From the NCBI GenBank assembly GCA_964361095.1, contig CAYHZA010000006.1, positions 1,828 through 65,827 of the forward strand: DNA of 64,000 bases, in the 5' to 3' direction. The stretch comes from an uncultured Candidatus Saccharibacteria bacterium. GTDB taxonomy: Bacteria; Patescibacteriota; Minisyncoccia; UBA6257; 2-01-FULL-56-20. Made by a program: the position numbers and the translations under genes. The notes beneath the pieces were generated by a model. That model saw only the letters and a list, made by a program, of their open reading frames with translations. It had not been told where the DNA came from and did no database searches. Below are positions 1-8,872 of the stretch, piece by piece (position 1 is the first letter of the stretch; each line of letters opens with the position of its first letter).

Positions 1-447
1 AACGGATACGTGAATCTCGTCGATATCAAAACATTCCCGTCAAAACTTATCGCGCTTGAAGAAAAGATCCATCCGCAGCCGTATCCGGGATTGAATATCG
101 ACAACCTTCCGTTCTTTGTGCCGATCGCGACACAGGCAAAAGGAACCACATTCATTCACGATTGGGTATATGAAGAACGAGCCATCTACTATATTGAGCT
201 TAAAAAACTCGGCGCGAATATTATTCTTGCCGATCCGCACCGAGTATACATTGAAGGCCCCACGGAACTGAATGCCGCGGAAGTCATCTGCCCGCCCGCG
301 CTCCGTCCCGCGGTAATTGTGCTGATAGCGATGCTCGCGGCGCGCGGCACCTCCGTGCTTAGGAATGTCTACTCAATCAATAGGGGATATGAGGACTTGG
401 CAAAACGGTTAAACAGGCTTGGAGCGAGGATTAGGGTGATTCGTTGA
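1..447 (+). CDS. murA: UDP-N-acetylglucosamine 1-carboxyvinyltransferase, C-terminal portion (5' end lies outside the window)
   Basis: ORF 10..447 translation matches the MurA C-terminus (..GTSVLRNVYSINRGYEDLAKRLNRLGARI..). There is no start codon at the window edge. Confidence 0.85.
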   Translation, partial: NGYVNLVDIKTFPSKLIALEEKIHPQPYPGLNIDNLPFFVPIATQAKGTTFIHDWVYEERAIYYIELKKLGANIILADPHRVYIEGPTELNAAEVICPPALRPAVIVLIAMLAARGTSVLRNVYSINRGYEDLAKRLNRLGARIRVIR

Positions 448-534
448 CGCGTGGGTAAGGCATCAAGTATCATATATCGAGTGTCACAAGCAGTTTTTCA
501 CATAAAACTTGACGCTTGTCACCTGTCACTTCTC

Positions 535-1542
535 ATGTTCACACGAAAAATCGGTATTGATTTAGGCACGGCAAACACCGTTGTTTTTGTTCCGGGTAAG
601 GGTTTTATTATTAACGAGCCGACGATTGTCGCCTTAAGCAGGCCGGAAAACACAGTGCTCGCGGTCGGGTTTGAGGCGAAGGAGATGATCGGCCGGACAC
701 CCGAAGAAATCGTCGCGTATCGCCCGTTAAAGGACGGAGTGATCGCCGATTACTATATTACGAAGGCGATGCTTTCGTATTTTATCTCGAAAGCAGTCGG
801 CCGTTTTAATGTTTTCAAACCCGACGTCGTCATTTCTGTTCCCGCCGGTATTACGCCGACGGAGCGGAGGGCGGTCGTAAACGCCACGCGCGAGGCCGGC
901 GCGCGGGAGGTATATGTCGTTAAGGAACCTATTTTGGCATCCCTCGGGGCCGGCATTCCCATCAACGCTCGTTCGGGTAATATGATCATCAATATGGGCG
1001 GCGGTACTTCGGAGGTCGCGGTGATCGCTTTGGGCGGAATCGTATCGTGGACAAGCTTGCGCGTCGCGGGCAATAAATTCGATCAGGCAATTTCAAATTA
1101 CGCAAAGAAGCGGTACGGGCTTGCGATCGGAGAGCAGACATCGGAGATGGTAAAAATAGAAATTGGCGCCGCCTGCACCGTGAAAGACAAGATGGAGTAT
1201 CAGCTTCGCGGGCGGGACCTCGTCGGAGGCCTGCCTAAGGATATTATTATCAACAGCAACGAGATCGCCGAAGCGTTAAATCCGTATCTCGTGGAGATCG
1301 CGAGCTCGGTGCAAAGTGTTTTCAACGAAACGCCTCCGGAGCTCGTCGCGGACATTATGGAGAAGGGAATTATCTTGTCCGGCGGAAGCGCGCAACTTCA
1401 TTTTCTCGAGGATTTTTTCAAAAAATATCTCGGCGTGGCGAGCTACGTCGCCCGCGACCCGCTCTTCTGCGTGGCAAAAGGCACGGGTTTGATCTTGAAC
1501 CATTTGGAAACCTACAAACGCACGCTCCTCAATAAAAGATAA
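535..1542 (+). CDS. mreB: Rod shape-determining protein MreB (actin-like ATPase)
   Basis: IGIDLGTANT phosphate-1 motif and MreB-like sequence throughout. ATG at 535 (MFTRKIGIDLGT) is preferred over the ORF-track start at 451. Confidence 0.9.
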   Translation: MFTRKIGIDLGTANTVVFVPGKGFIINEPTIVALSRPENTVLAVGFEAKEMIGRTPEEIVAYRPLKDGVIADYYITKAMLSYFISKAVGRFNVFKPDVVISVPAGITPTERRAVVNATREAGAREVYVVKEPILASLGAGIPINARSGNMIINMGGGTSEVAVIALGGIVSWTSLRVAGNKFDQAISNYAKKRYGLAIGEQTSEMVKIEIGAACTVKDKMEYQLRGRDLVGGLPKDIIINSNEIAEALNPYLVEIASSVQSVFNETPPELVADIMEKGIILSGGSAQLHFLEDFFKKYLGVASYVARDPLFCVAKGTGLILNHLETYKRTLLNKR

Positions 1543-1599
1543 GGGCTTGGTTGAAAAATTTGAACCTATGGTGTAAAATTTTTTCATTACCAAACCTTA

Positions 1600-1703
1600 C
1601 CCAGCCCCACTTTTGCTAGTGACGTTGTATGATAAAAAAATAAATTGGTGTCTTCAGCACATGGAGTGTAGCTCTTGCAATTATAAGCAAAAGTGGAGCT
1701 GGG
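1600..1703. repeat. Long-range imperfect inverted repeat in the mreB-holB intergenic region (18-nt arms, 17/18 complementary, ~68-nt spacer); possible structured RNA or regulatory element
   Basis: CCCAGCCCCACTTTTGCT at 1600-1617 pairs with AGCAAAAGTGGAGCTGGG at 1686-1703. Confidence 0.4.
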
Positions 1704-1745
1704 TGCTTGATTTTATGAACTCGCTTCGCTTCGTATAAAATCGGC

Positions 1746-2588
1746 ATGATTATCGGCCACGAGGATTTCCTTCTTAGTTTCGCAAAACTCGCCGATCGCG
1801 GGGAAATAAGTCATGGGTATATTTTCTGGGGACCCGAGCGCGTCGGGAAAAAAACCGTGGCGCTTGAGCTCGCGCGGTATCTCGAAGAAAAAAAGTTTTC
1901 CGAAAGCGATATCCTAAAAAATAAGGGGAGCATTTTAGGGGATTGCCGTGTGGTCTCGCCCGATGAGACAAAAAAAATAGGGATCGACGCCGCGCGCGAC
2001 ATAAAGTATTTTCTTTGGCAGAAACCGAATCGGAGTGAGTATCGTACCGTTGTGATCGACGACGCCCACCTTTTGACCGCGGAAGCCCAGGACGCTCTCT
2101 TGAAGATCGCGGAGAATCCTCCTGCCTCTACATTGCTCATCGTTATTGTGCGTAATCCCGAACTTCTGACGCCGACGTTAAATTCTCGGCTCCAAAAAAT
2201 TTATTTCGCGCCGGTCGGTGAAGAGAAAATACGGGAATGGCTTATCAAGGAATTTCATCTCGCCGCCGCAAAATCTACGGAAATCGCGAAGTGCTCTTTG
2301 AATACCCCGGGGCGGGCTTACGCCTTGCTCTATGACGAGAAATTTCAAAAGATAAGAGACGCGGCTCGCGCTTTTTTAAAAGTTTCGAGAAGTGAGCGAA
2401 AAAATTTCATTAAAGAGCTTCTTCTCGACGATGCGTTCAATTTTGAGGAATTTTTGGACGCTCTTATCGCGGAACGAGTCGAGGCAAAAAATTTCGGCGA
2501 TTGGCACGACCTTCTCGCATTACGAAAAAACGCGGCGTATGTTAATCTGAATCCGAGGCTTCATCTTGAAGCGTTATTTTCGAAATAA
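1746..2588 (+). CDS. holB: DNA polymerase III delta-prime subunit-like AAA+ clamp-loader protein
   Basis: N-terminal Walker-A-like GPERVGKKT and the delta-prime architecture; 280 aa. Confidence 0.7.
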   Translation: MIIGHEDFLLSFAKLADRGEISHGYIFWGPERVGKKTVALELARYLEEKKFSESDILKNKGSILGDCRVVSPDETKKIGIDAARDIKYFLWQKPNRSEYRTVVIDDAHLLTAEAQDALLKIAENPPASTLLIVIVRNPELLTPTLNSRLQKIYFAPVGEEKIREWLIKEFHLAAAKSTEIAKCSLNTPGRAYALLYDEKFQKIRDAARAFLKVSRSERKNFIKELLLDDAFNFEEFLDALIAERVEAKNFGDWHDLLALRKNAAYVNLNPRLHLEALFSK

Positions 2589-2590
2589 TC

Positions 2591-3142
2591 ATGGAAACAT
2601 ATATTAAAGAGCTGGCCGATTATTTTCGGGCGGCGGTGGAAGAATTTAAAACCGAGATCGCGGGCGTTCGGAGCGGCAGACCGACGACCCAGCTCGTTGA
2701 GAATATCCAAGTGGAGTATGCGGAAGGAATGTACCCGATAAAGCAGCTGGGTTCCTTGGGCATCAAACCACCTCGGGAAATCACGATTACGGTATGGGAC
2801 CAAAACGCGGTTACCGCGGTCCTCAAAGCTATCCAAGACGCAAAGGCGGGGATGAGCGTTCAGAATGAAGGAAATGTTGTCCGGTGTTTTTTACCGCCTT
2901 TGTCGCAGGAGCGCCGCGACGAATTTACGAAGTTGGTTAAAAAGATGTCGGAAGGAACGAGAATTCGGATACGCGGAAATCGCGACGATGTGATAAAAAA
3001 AATAAAGGCCGCGGAGGGAGCGAAGGAGTTAAACGAGGACCAGGTTTTTAAGGGAAAAGAACGGATCCAAAAGCTTGTTAATGAGACCAATAAGCAGATA
3101 GAGACAATGGTGGAGGGGAAGGTGAGGGAGTTAGAAGAGTAG
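2591..3142 (+). CDS. frr: Ribosome recycling factor
   Basis: Full-length match to the RRF family (..VRSGRPTTQLVENIQVEYAEG..). Confidence 0.92.
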   Translation: METYIKELADYFRAAVEEFKTEIAGVRSGRPTTQLVENIQVEYAEGMYPIKQLGSLGIKPPREITITVWDQNAVTAVLKAIQDAKAGMSVQNEGNVVRCFLPPLSQERRDEFTKLVKKMSEGTRIRIRGNRDDVIKKIKAAEGAKELNEDQVFKGKERIQKLVNETNKQIETMVEGKVRELEE

Positions 3143-3176
3143 AGGACTTCGGGATGCGCTTTGTACGAAATGAAAA

Positions 3177-3199
3177 GCCGCCTGGGTTGCCCGGGCGGC
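3177..3199. terminator. GC-rich hairpin between convergent frr and a small minus-strand ORF
   Basis: GCCGCCTGGGTTGCCCGGGCGGC forms a 9-10 bp stem. There is no strong U-tract. Confidence 0.4.
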
Positions 3200-3224
3200 T
3201 GGTCTAGTGTTGGGCCTTTTCGCA

Positions 3225-3407
3225 TTACTTCTCCTCGATTGCGGCTACGATTCTCCATGCAGCAGCCCAGATGCCGAAAATAAGGGCATATGCGAAGAGC
3301 GTGATCCCAAAACCGAGAAAATAGGGCCTGCCAACCACTGTGCCACCGAATGCGGCAAAGAAGAAGGCGCAACCCAAAAATATAGAAGCCTTCGCCCTGG
3401 AATCCAT
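3225..3407 (-). CDS. Small hydrophobic protein (two predicted TM helices)
   Basis: 60-aa ORF with two hydrophobic stretches and no recognisable homology. Confidence 0.3.
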   Translation of the reverse strand: MDSRAKASIFLGCAFFFAAFGGTVVGRPYFLGFGITLFAYALIFGIWAAAWRIVAAIEEK

Positions 3408-3520
3408 CTTGGAGCCTCCTCTATGTCAAACAGTTGAAATAACTGATACTGATTGAATTATATATCAAATATGATACATTGTCAAGTTGTGTATTTTCTT
3501 ATATTTGTTACATTGATTGG

Positions 3521-4804
3521 ATGCTCACCGCGCTTATCGTCATTATCGGTCTTTCGCTTCTGATCCTTGGCCACGAGGCGGGACATTTTTTCGCCGCGAA
3601 ATTTTTCAAACTCCGCGTGGACGAATTCGGCTTCGGTTTTCCGCCGCGGATGTTCGCGAAAAAAATAGGTGAAACCGAATATAGCGTGAACTGGCTCCCG
3701 TTCGGCGGATTCGTAAAGATCGCCGGAGAAAACGACCAGTTTGACAAAGAAACGGGAAAAACGCTTACCGATGAGGAAAAAGCCCGCGTTTTTTACTCAC
3801 AGCCCGCCTTACAGCGAAGCATTATTATTTTGGCCGGTGTTTTTGTGAATTTTATTTTCGCATGGTTTTTGTTTTCTCTCGTGCTTATGGCGGGAACGCC
3901 TTCGTTTCTCGCGATAACGTCCGTCTTGCCCGGTTCTCCTGCCGCATCGGCGGGAATTATGAATAACGATATTTTAAAAAACTTTCGATCGGTTGCCGAA
4001 CTCGAGAAAGCTTTTGAAGCAAAGAACACGCCGGTAGAACTTGAAATACTTCGGGAGACAAAGAGTATAAAAATTCCGTTCGTTCCCGCCGCGACCACGC
4101 GCGAGGTGCGTTCCGCGATCGTAATTGAAGATATCCAATCGAATTCACCGGCGGAGGAGGCGAAACTGAAAAAGGGTGATGTGGTACAGGGCTTCTTGGA
4201 AACAAGTGATTTTATTTCGTTTGTGAACGCGCATCGCGGAGAGGTGATTACGCTCCAAGTGCTTCGCAAAAATGAGATTATAACGATTACACCCCATCTG
4301 CGAAGCGATATTCGCGAAGGAGGTCTCGGTATACTTCTCTCCGAAGGAGAACTCTTCAGCGCAGAGGGACTTTTGGTCAAAAAAGGCGGCATTGAACCGC
4401 AGGGATTTTTTTCGGCGATTGGGGACGGATTAGGCCAAACGCTTGAAGTGGCAAAACTTACCCTCTCGGGTTTCTATGAGCTCATTAAGGGATTGTTTAC
4501 TCGGGGAAAACTTATCGAAGGAATTGTCGGACCGATCGGCATCTTTTCATTCGCGGCAGGAGCCGGCCAGATTGGCTTTTCGAACCTGATCTACTTGCTC
4601 GCGCTTATTTCCGCGAATTTGGCGATGATAAACCTTATTCCGTTCCCGGCGCTCGACGGGGGACGCTTCTTCCTCATCCTCGTCGAGAAGATAAAAGGAT
4701 CGCCGATTTCGGTAAAAACCGAGTCGGTTATCAATACGTTCGGATTTGTGTTCCTTATTTTCTTAATGATCATCGTTGCGGTCCGCGACATCATTAATTT
4801 GTAA
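3521..4804 (+). CDS. rseP: RseP-like site-2 zinc metalloprotease (M50 family) with PDZ domain
   Basis: HEAGH zinc motif in the first TM helix, an internal PDZ-like region, and the C-terminal LDGG motif (PFPALDGGRFF). Start assigned to ATG 3521. Confidence 0.8.
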   Translation: MLTALIVIIGLSLLILGHEAGHFFAAKFFKLRVDEFGFGFPPRMFAKKIGETEYSVNWLPFGGFVKIAGENDQFDKETGKTLTDEEKARVFYSQPALQRSIIILAGVFVNFIFAWFLFSLVLMAGTPSFLAITSVLPGSPAASAGIMNNDILKNFRSVAELEKAFEAKNTPVELEILRETKSIKIPFVPAATTREVRSAIVIEDIQSNSPAEEAKLKKGDVVQGFLETSDFISFVNAHRGEVITLQVLRKNEIITITPHLRSDIREGGLGILLSEGELFSAEGLLVKKGGIEPQGFFSAIGDGLGQTLEVAKLTLSGFYELIKGLFTRGKLIEGIVGPIGIFSFAAGAGQIGFSNLIYLLALISANLAMINLIPFPALDGGRFFLILVEKIKGSPISVKTESVINTFGFVFLIFLMIIVAVRDIINL

Positions 4805-4985
4805 GATTTTATTGCGTTTTTCCTCTAACCCCCGTTACCACTGCCCTATAGCCGTGGTTTTAATCTATACTCTTCGGGTTTTGATAGAATGTATCCACAG
4901 GTTCAAATCTAAGGATTTCTGGTAACGGGGTAAAACGGCATAAGCATTTTAGTTCTCTCGACGGTTGTTCTATACTTAAGGAAGA

Positions 4986-6488
4986 ATGACCCTCTTAATC
5001 AAGAGCGTTCAAGTTTTAGGTTCGCCGTTAAAGCTCCCCGAAAGAGTTGATGTTTTTATAAACGGCGACCGGATATCCGCGATAGGAAATTTTCCCGACA
5101 AAAAAGCCGACTTTATATTTGACGGCCAGGGAGCGTATCTTGCGCCAGGTTTTATTGACGTTAACACCGATTCGGACCATTACCTCTCGCTTTTTGACGA
5201 TCCCGCCCAAGGTGATTTTTTGTCCCAAGGCGTAACAACGATTGTCGGGGGGAATTGCGGATCTTCTCTCGCCCCGCTTATTTATGGGAGTCTTGAGTCG
5301 GTTCAGAAGTGGGGGAATATCAACAAAGTAAACGTTGATTGGCACACGATTGCCGAGTTTTTAAAACTTATCGAAAAGCGGCCGCTGGGCGTTAATTTCC
5401 TCACACTCGTTGGACACTCAACTATCCGCCGCGCCTTGATCGGCGGAACACTGCGCGATCTTACGAAAAATGAACTCGGTGTATTTTCCGAAACCTTAAA
5501 ACGCGGTCTCGGGGAAGGCGCGAGTGGATTCTCGACGGGTCTTGGGTATGTGCACAGTCATCAAACACCTTACGCGGAGATTAAATTGCTCGTGAATATA
5601 GTTCGTGAAAGCGGGGGAGTTTACAGTACTCATCTGCGGAACAACGGCCCCGAACTCAAAGCGTCGATTGACGAAACGATACGCGTTTCTGAAGAGACGG
5701 GGGCAAAAGTTCTCATAAGTCACTTTCTTCCCTTGAAGGGCGTGGAAAAAGAATACGAAGAAGCCCTTGAAACCATTGAGCGTCTTCCGGGCGATCGGGA
5801 TTTCCATTTTGATATATATCCCTTTGATACAAGCGTTATACCGCTCTATAAATTTCTTCCGGACTGGGTTCAAAACGGAGGCATTGAAGTAATGGTGAGT
5901 AATGTTCTTGATAAATGGCTTGAGCCGCGCATCGTAAAAGATCTTCCCAAAATAGCTCCTTACGATTTTATAATTGGACAAGCTACGGATAATACGGCGT
6001 TCGTCGGAAAATCGCTCCGCGATCTTATGGAATTATATTCTCTCCAAGATCCCCGCGAAGCGTTGATGAAGCTTATGATAACGACAAAACTGAGAGCGTC
6101 TATCCATTTTAAAAATATCAACACAAGCCTAGTGAATAAAGGGCTGATACATAGACGTTCGTTTATTGCTTCGAATTCAGCAAGTACGAAAGAGGGAAAG
6201 GGCGTGAAAAAACTCGAACGAACAACCTCGACGTTCACTAAATTTCTTTCCCTTGTTCAGGATGAAAAAATAATGTCGCTCGAGGATGCGATTCGAAAGA
6301 TAACGCTTTTGCCGGCGCGCAAATTTAACGTGGAGCGTCGCGGAGAAATAAAAGAAGGAAATTTCGCGGACCTCACGTGTTTTCGGGGGAGTGAAATTAA
6401 GTTGACGGTTGTGAACGGTCAAGTCGCGTATATGGACGGCATGATCCACGACAAGTCGGCCGGCCGGCCGCTCCGAAGCCATGGCTAG
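4986..6488 (+). CDS. Amidohydrolase-superfamily protein, D-aminoacylase (N-acyl-D-amino-acid deacylase)-like
   Basis: N-terminal ..APGFIDVNTDSDH.. corresponds to the amidohydrolase GFIDVHTH region, but the two His are replaced by N and D. Overall length and motifs fit the D-aminoacylase family. Confidence 0.65.
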   Translation: MTLLIKSVQVLGSPLKLPERVDVFINGDRISAIGNFPDKKADFIFDGQGAYLAPGFIDVNTDSDHYLSLFDDPAQGDFLSQGVTTIVGGNCGSSLAPLIYGSLESVQKWGNINKVNVDWHTIAEFLKLIEKRPLGVNFLTLVGHSTIRRALIGGTLRDLTKNELGVFSETLKRGLGEGASGFSTGLGYVHSHQTPYAEIKLLVNIVRESGGVYSTHLRNNGPELKASIDETIRVSEETGAKVLISHFLPLKGVEKEYEEALETIERLPGDRDFHFDIYPFDTSVIPLYKFLPDWVQNGGIEVMVSNVLDKWLEPRIVKDLPKIAPYDFIIGQATDNTAFVGKSLRDLMELYSLQDPREALMKLMITTKLRASIHFKNINTSLVNKGLIHRRSFIASNSASTKEGKGVKKLERTTSTFTKFLSLVQDEKIMSLEDAIRKITLLPARKFNVERRGEIKEGNFADLTCFRGSEIKLTVVNGQVAYMDGMIHDKSAGRPLRSHG

Positions 6489-7590
6489 CAAATTAGGAAA
6501 AAAAGGCCATAGCCCTGATTATGTTATCCTCTCTCTTATTTTTATTTTGGTGATTTTTGGCTTGGTCATGCTTGCGAGCGCTTCATCGGAACTCGGGAAG
6601 AAGAATTTTAACGATACATACTACTATATAAAGCATCAACTTTTGTATGGTCTTTCTTTCGGGATCCTCGGATTTTTTCTCGCTTCAAAACTTTATTATC
6701 GTTATTATCAAAAATTCGCGGTTGTTCTCTTGCTTCTGAGTTTAGGGGCTTTGGTTTTAGTGTTTACGAGCTTCGGTCATACCGCGGGCGGAGCCGGAAG
6801 ATGGTTAAAACTCGGCCCCATCATTTTCCAACCCGCCGAACTTTTAAAACTTACCTACATTATCTATCTCGCGGCATGGCTCTCAAACTCGCGAAAAGGG
6901 AGGGAGGGAAATTTTTTTGAAGGATTTATGCCGTTTCTTATTATCACGGGACTGATCGGCGGTCTTCTCGTGCTCCAACCCGCGACGAGTACGGTTGTGA
7001 TTCTCGTAAGCGCGGGGTTAGGAACTTATTTTTTAAGCGGAGCGAAATTAAAATTTATTGCGCTCGTGGGACTTTTGGGAATCGCGGGGTTTGCCCTTCT
7101 TATTTATCTTACGCCTTATCGGTTGGCTCGCATTGAAGTTTTTTTTAATCGCGATCAGGATATCGAAGGAAATGGCCATCAAATCAATGAGGCGTTGATT
7201 ACCTTGGGTTCCGGCGGGCTTTGGGGGAGCGGGTATGGACAGTCAACCTCCAAGTTCGGAAGACTTCCCGCGTCCGTTAACGATTCCATTTTCGCCGTAA
7301 TCGGTTCCGAACTTGGATTTGTCGGGGCAGGAACCCTTGTGGTACTTTTCGCATTTCTTTCGTTGCGTATTCTTTGGCTCGCGAAAGATTTTCGGGATCA
7401 CTTCGGTCAGCTGGTTCTTGTTGGTTTCGCAATTATCATCGGTCTTCAGGCATTTGTAAACATGGCGGCAATCTCGGGACTCCTGCCGTTGACCGGTATT
7501 CCTCTTCCGTTTATTAGTTTCGGCGGCACCGCGCTCGCGGTATTTTTGACGATGGGTGGTATTATTAATAATATTTCAAAACATTCGTGA
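6481..7590 (+). CDS. ftsW: SEDS-family peptidoglycan glycosyltransferase (FtsW/RodA)
   Basis: Polytopic membrane protein carrying the conserved SEDS motifs. Confidence 0.85.
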   Translation: MASKLGKKGHSPDYVILSLIFILVIFGLVMLASASSELGKKNFNDTYYYIKHQLLYGLSFGILGFFLASKLYYRYYQKFAVVLLLLSLGALVLVFTSFGHTAGGAGRWLKLGPIIFQPAELLKLTYIIYLAAWLSNSRKGREGNFFEGFMPFLIITGLIGGLLVLQPATSTVVILVSAGLGTYFLSGAKLKFIALVGLLGIAGFALLIYLTPYRLARIEVFFNRDQDIEGNGHQINEALITLGSGGLWGSGYGQSTSKFGRLPASVNDSIFAVIGSELGFVGAGTLVVLFAFLSLRILWLAKDFRDHFGQLVLVGFAIIIGLQAFVNMAAISGLLPLTGIPLPFISFGGTALAVFLTMGGIINNISKHS

Positions 7591-8816
7591 GCGTGACCAT
7601 GGGGCAGATAAAAAAGAAAAATATTAGAATTCTTTTAACGGGTGGCGGAAGCGGGGGACATGTCTATCCGCTTCTTTCGGTTGCCAATTCGTTGCGCCGT
7701 ATTGCAGAACGGGAAAATATAAAGCTTGAACTTTTCTATATGGGACCTGCAGATCAATTTAGCGATCTTTTGCGCGAAGCGGGCATATCCGTAAAAAAAA
7801 TTATGGGAGGAAAGTATCGCCGTTATCCGTCAGTCGCGAATATTTTGAGCCCGTTCCAATTTATTATTGGTGTTTCTCAGGCGCTTTTTAAAATGCTGTT
7901 TCATATGCCGGATGTTATTTTTTCAAAAGGTGGCGCGGGGGCGTTTGGAACGGTTCTTGTTGGTTGGTTTTACCGCGTGCCGATCGTTATCCACGAGTCG
8001 GATGTTGTTCCGGGATTGAATAACGCGTTCTCAAGTCTTTTTGCCCGAAGGGTGCTCGTGGGTTTTGAAAAGGCTACCGAGCGATTCAACGCCTCTAAGG
8101 TTCTTTTCGTCGGAAATCCGACGAGGCCCTTAAAATCTATTCATATGTCCTCCGAAGATGCTAAAGATAAGTTGGGATGCAATCCTCAAAAACCGGTTAC
8201 GCTGGTCATAAACGGCTCTCAGGGCGCGAGGCGCATTAATGATTTTTTTCTTTCCTATATCGGAGAACTAAGTGAAAAAACTCAAGTTATTTTGCAGACA
8301 GGGAGAGCGAATTTTGAAGAAGTAAAAAGACTCGCGGCGGCTGTTTCTCCCAAAGGGAGTGTGCTGAGCGCTAAGCCGGAGATGAGCGAGGCGGAGTTAC
8401 ATCATAAAATGGAGTCGCCGGATTTTTTGAATCAAAAACAAGAAAAGAGTTTTCAAATTACCCCCTACCTTGATGAAGATTTCGAAATAGCGATGGCCGC
8501 CGCCGATCTTGTGGTCGGTCGCGCGGGAAGCGGATCTATCGCGACGGTCGCGGCGTTCGGCAAGCCCGCGATTTTTATCCCTCTTCCCGAATCGGCGAAT
8601 GACCACCAGCGTCAAAACGCCTACGAATATGCAAAAACGGGAGCGGCTTTAGTCGTCGAGGAAACAAATCTTATCCCCAGTATTTTTTTGGGACAGCTGA
8701 AGGATGTTATTGAGCATAGCGAAAAACGCGCCGCAATGGCTCTTGCCGCGAGTAAATTCCAGAAAAACGATGCCGCAGATAAAATTGGAGAAGAAATATT
8801 TCGCGTACTTCTTTAA
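7587..8816 (+). CDS. murG: Undecaprenyl-PP-MurNAc-pentapeptide UDP-GlcNAc transferase MurG
   Basis: ILLTGGGSGGHVYP N-terminal motif and a C-terminal GT28 domain. It overlaps the ftsW stop by 4 nt. Confidence 0.85.
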   Translation: MSVTMGQIKKKNIRILLTGGGSGGHVYPLLSVANSLRRIAERENIKLELFYMGPADQFSDLLREAGISVKKIMGGKYRRYPSVANILSPFQFIIGVSQALFKMLFHMPDVIFSKGGAGAFGTVLVGWFYRVPIVIHESDVVPGLNNAFSSLFARRVLVGFEKATERFNASKVLFVGNPTRPLKSIHMSSEDAKDKLGCNPQKPVTLVINGSQGARRINDFFLSYIGELSEKTQVILQTGRANFEEVKRLAAAVSPKGSVLSAKPEMSEAELHHKMESPDFLNQKQEKSFQITPYLDEDFEIAMAAADLVVGRAGSGSIATVAAFGKPAIFIPLPESANDHQRQNAYEYAKTGAALVVEETNLIPSIFLGQLKDVIEHSEKRAAMALAASKFQKNDAADKIGEEIFRVLL

Positions 8817-8872
8817 GTGAACTAAGGCGGAGGCTCTTAAAATTAGCCCTCATTGATGGTATAATCGACAGA

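Noticed and set aside
3207-3437. Plus-strand 76-aa ORF between frr and rseP
   Set aside because: Overlaps the more plausible minus-strand small hydrophobic ORF and has a Cys/Gly-rich low-complexity translation with no signal of conservation; likely a shadow ORF.
3793-4392. 199-aa minus-strand ORF inside rseP
   Set aside because: Entirely antisense to a well-supported M50 protease gene; Ser/Pro/Arg-rich composition typical of antisense frames.
4829-4920. Possible tRNA suggested by the GGTTCAAATCT T-loop-like sequence
   Set aside because: No acceptor, D or anticodon arms can be formed; retained only as a low-interest structured-spacer observation.
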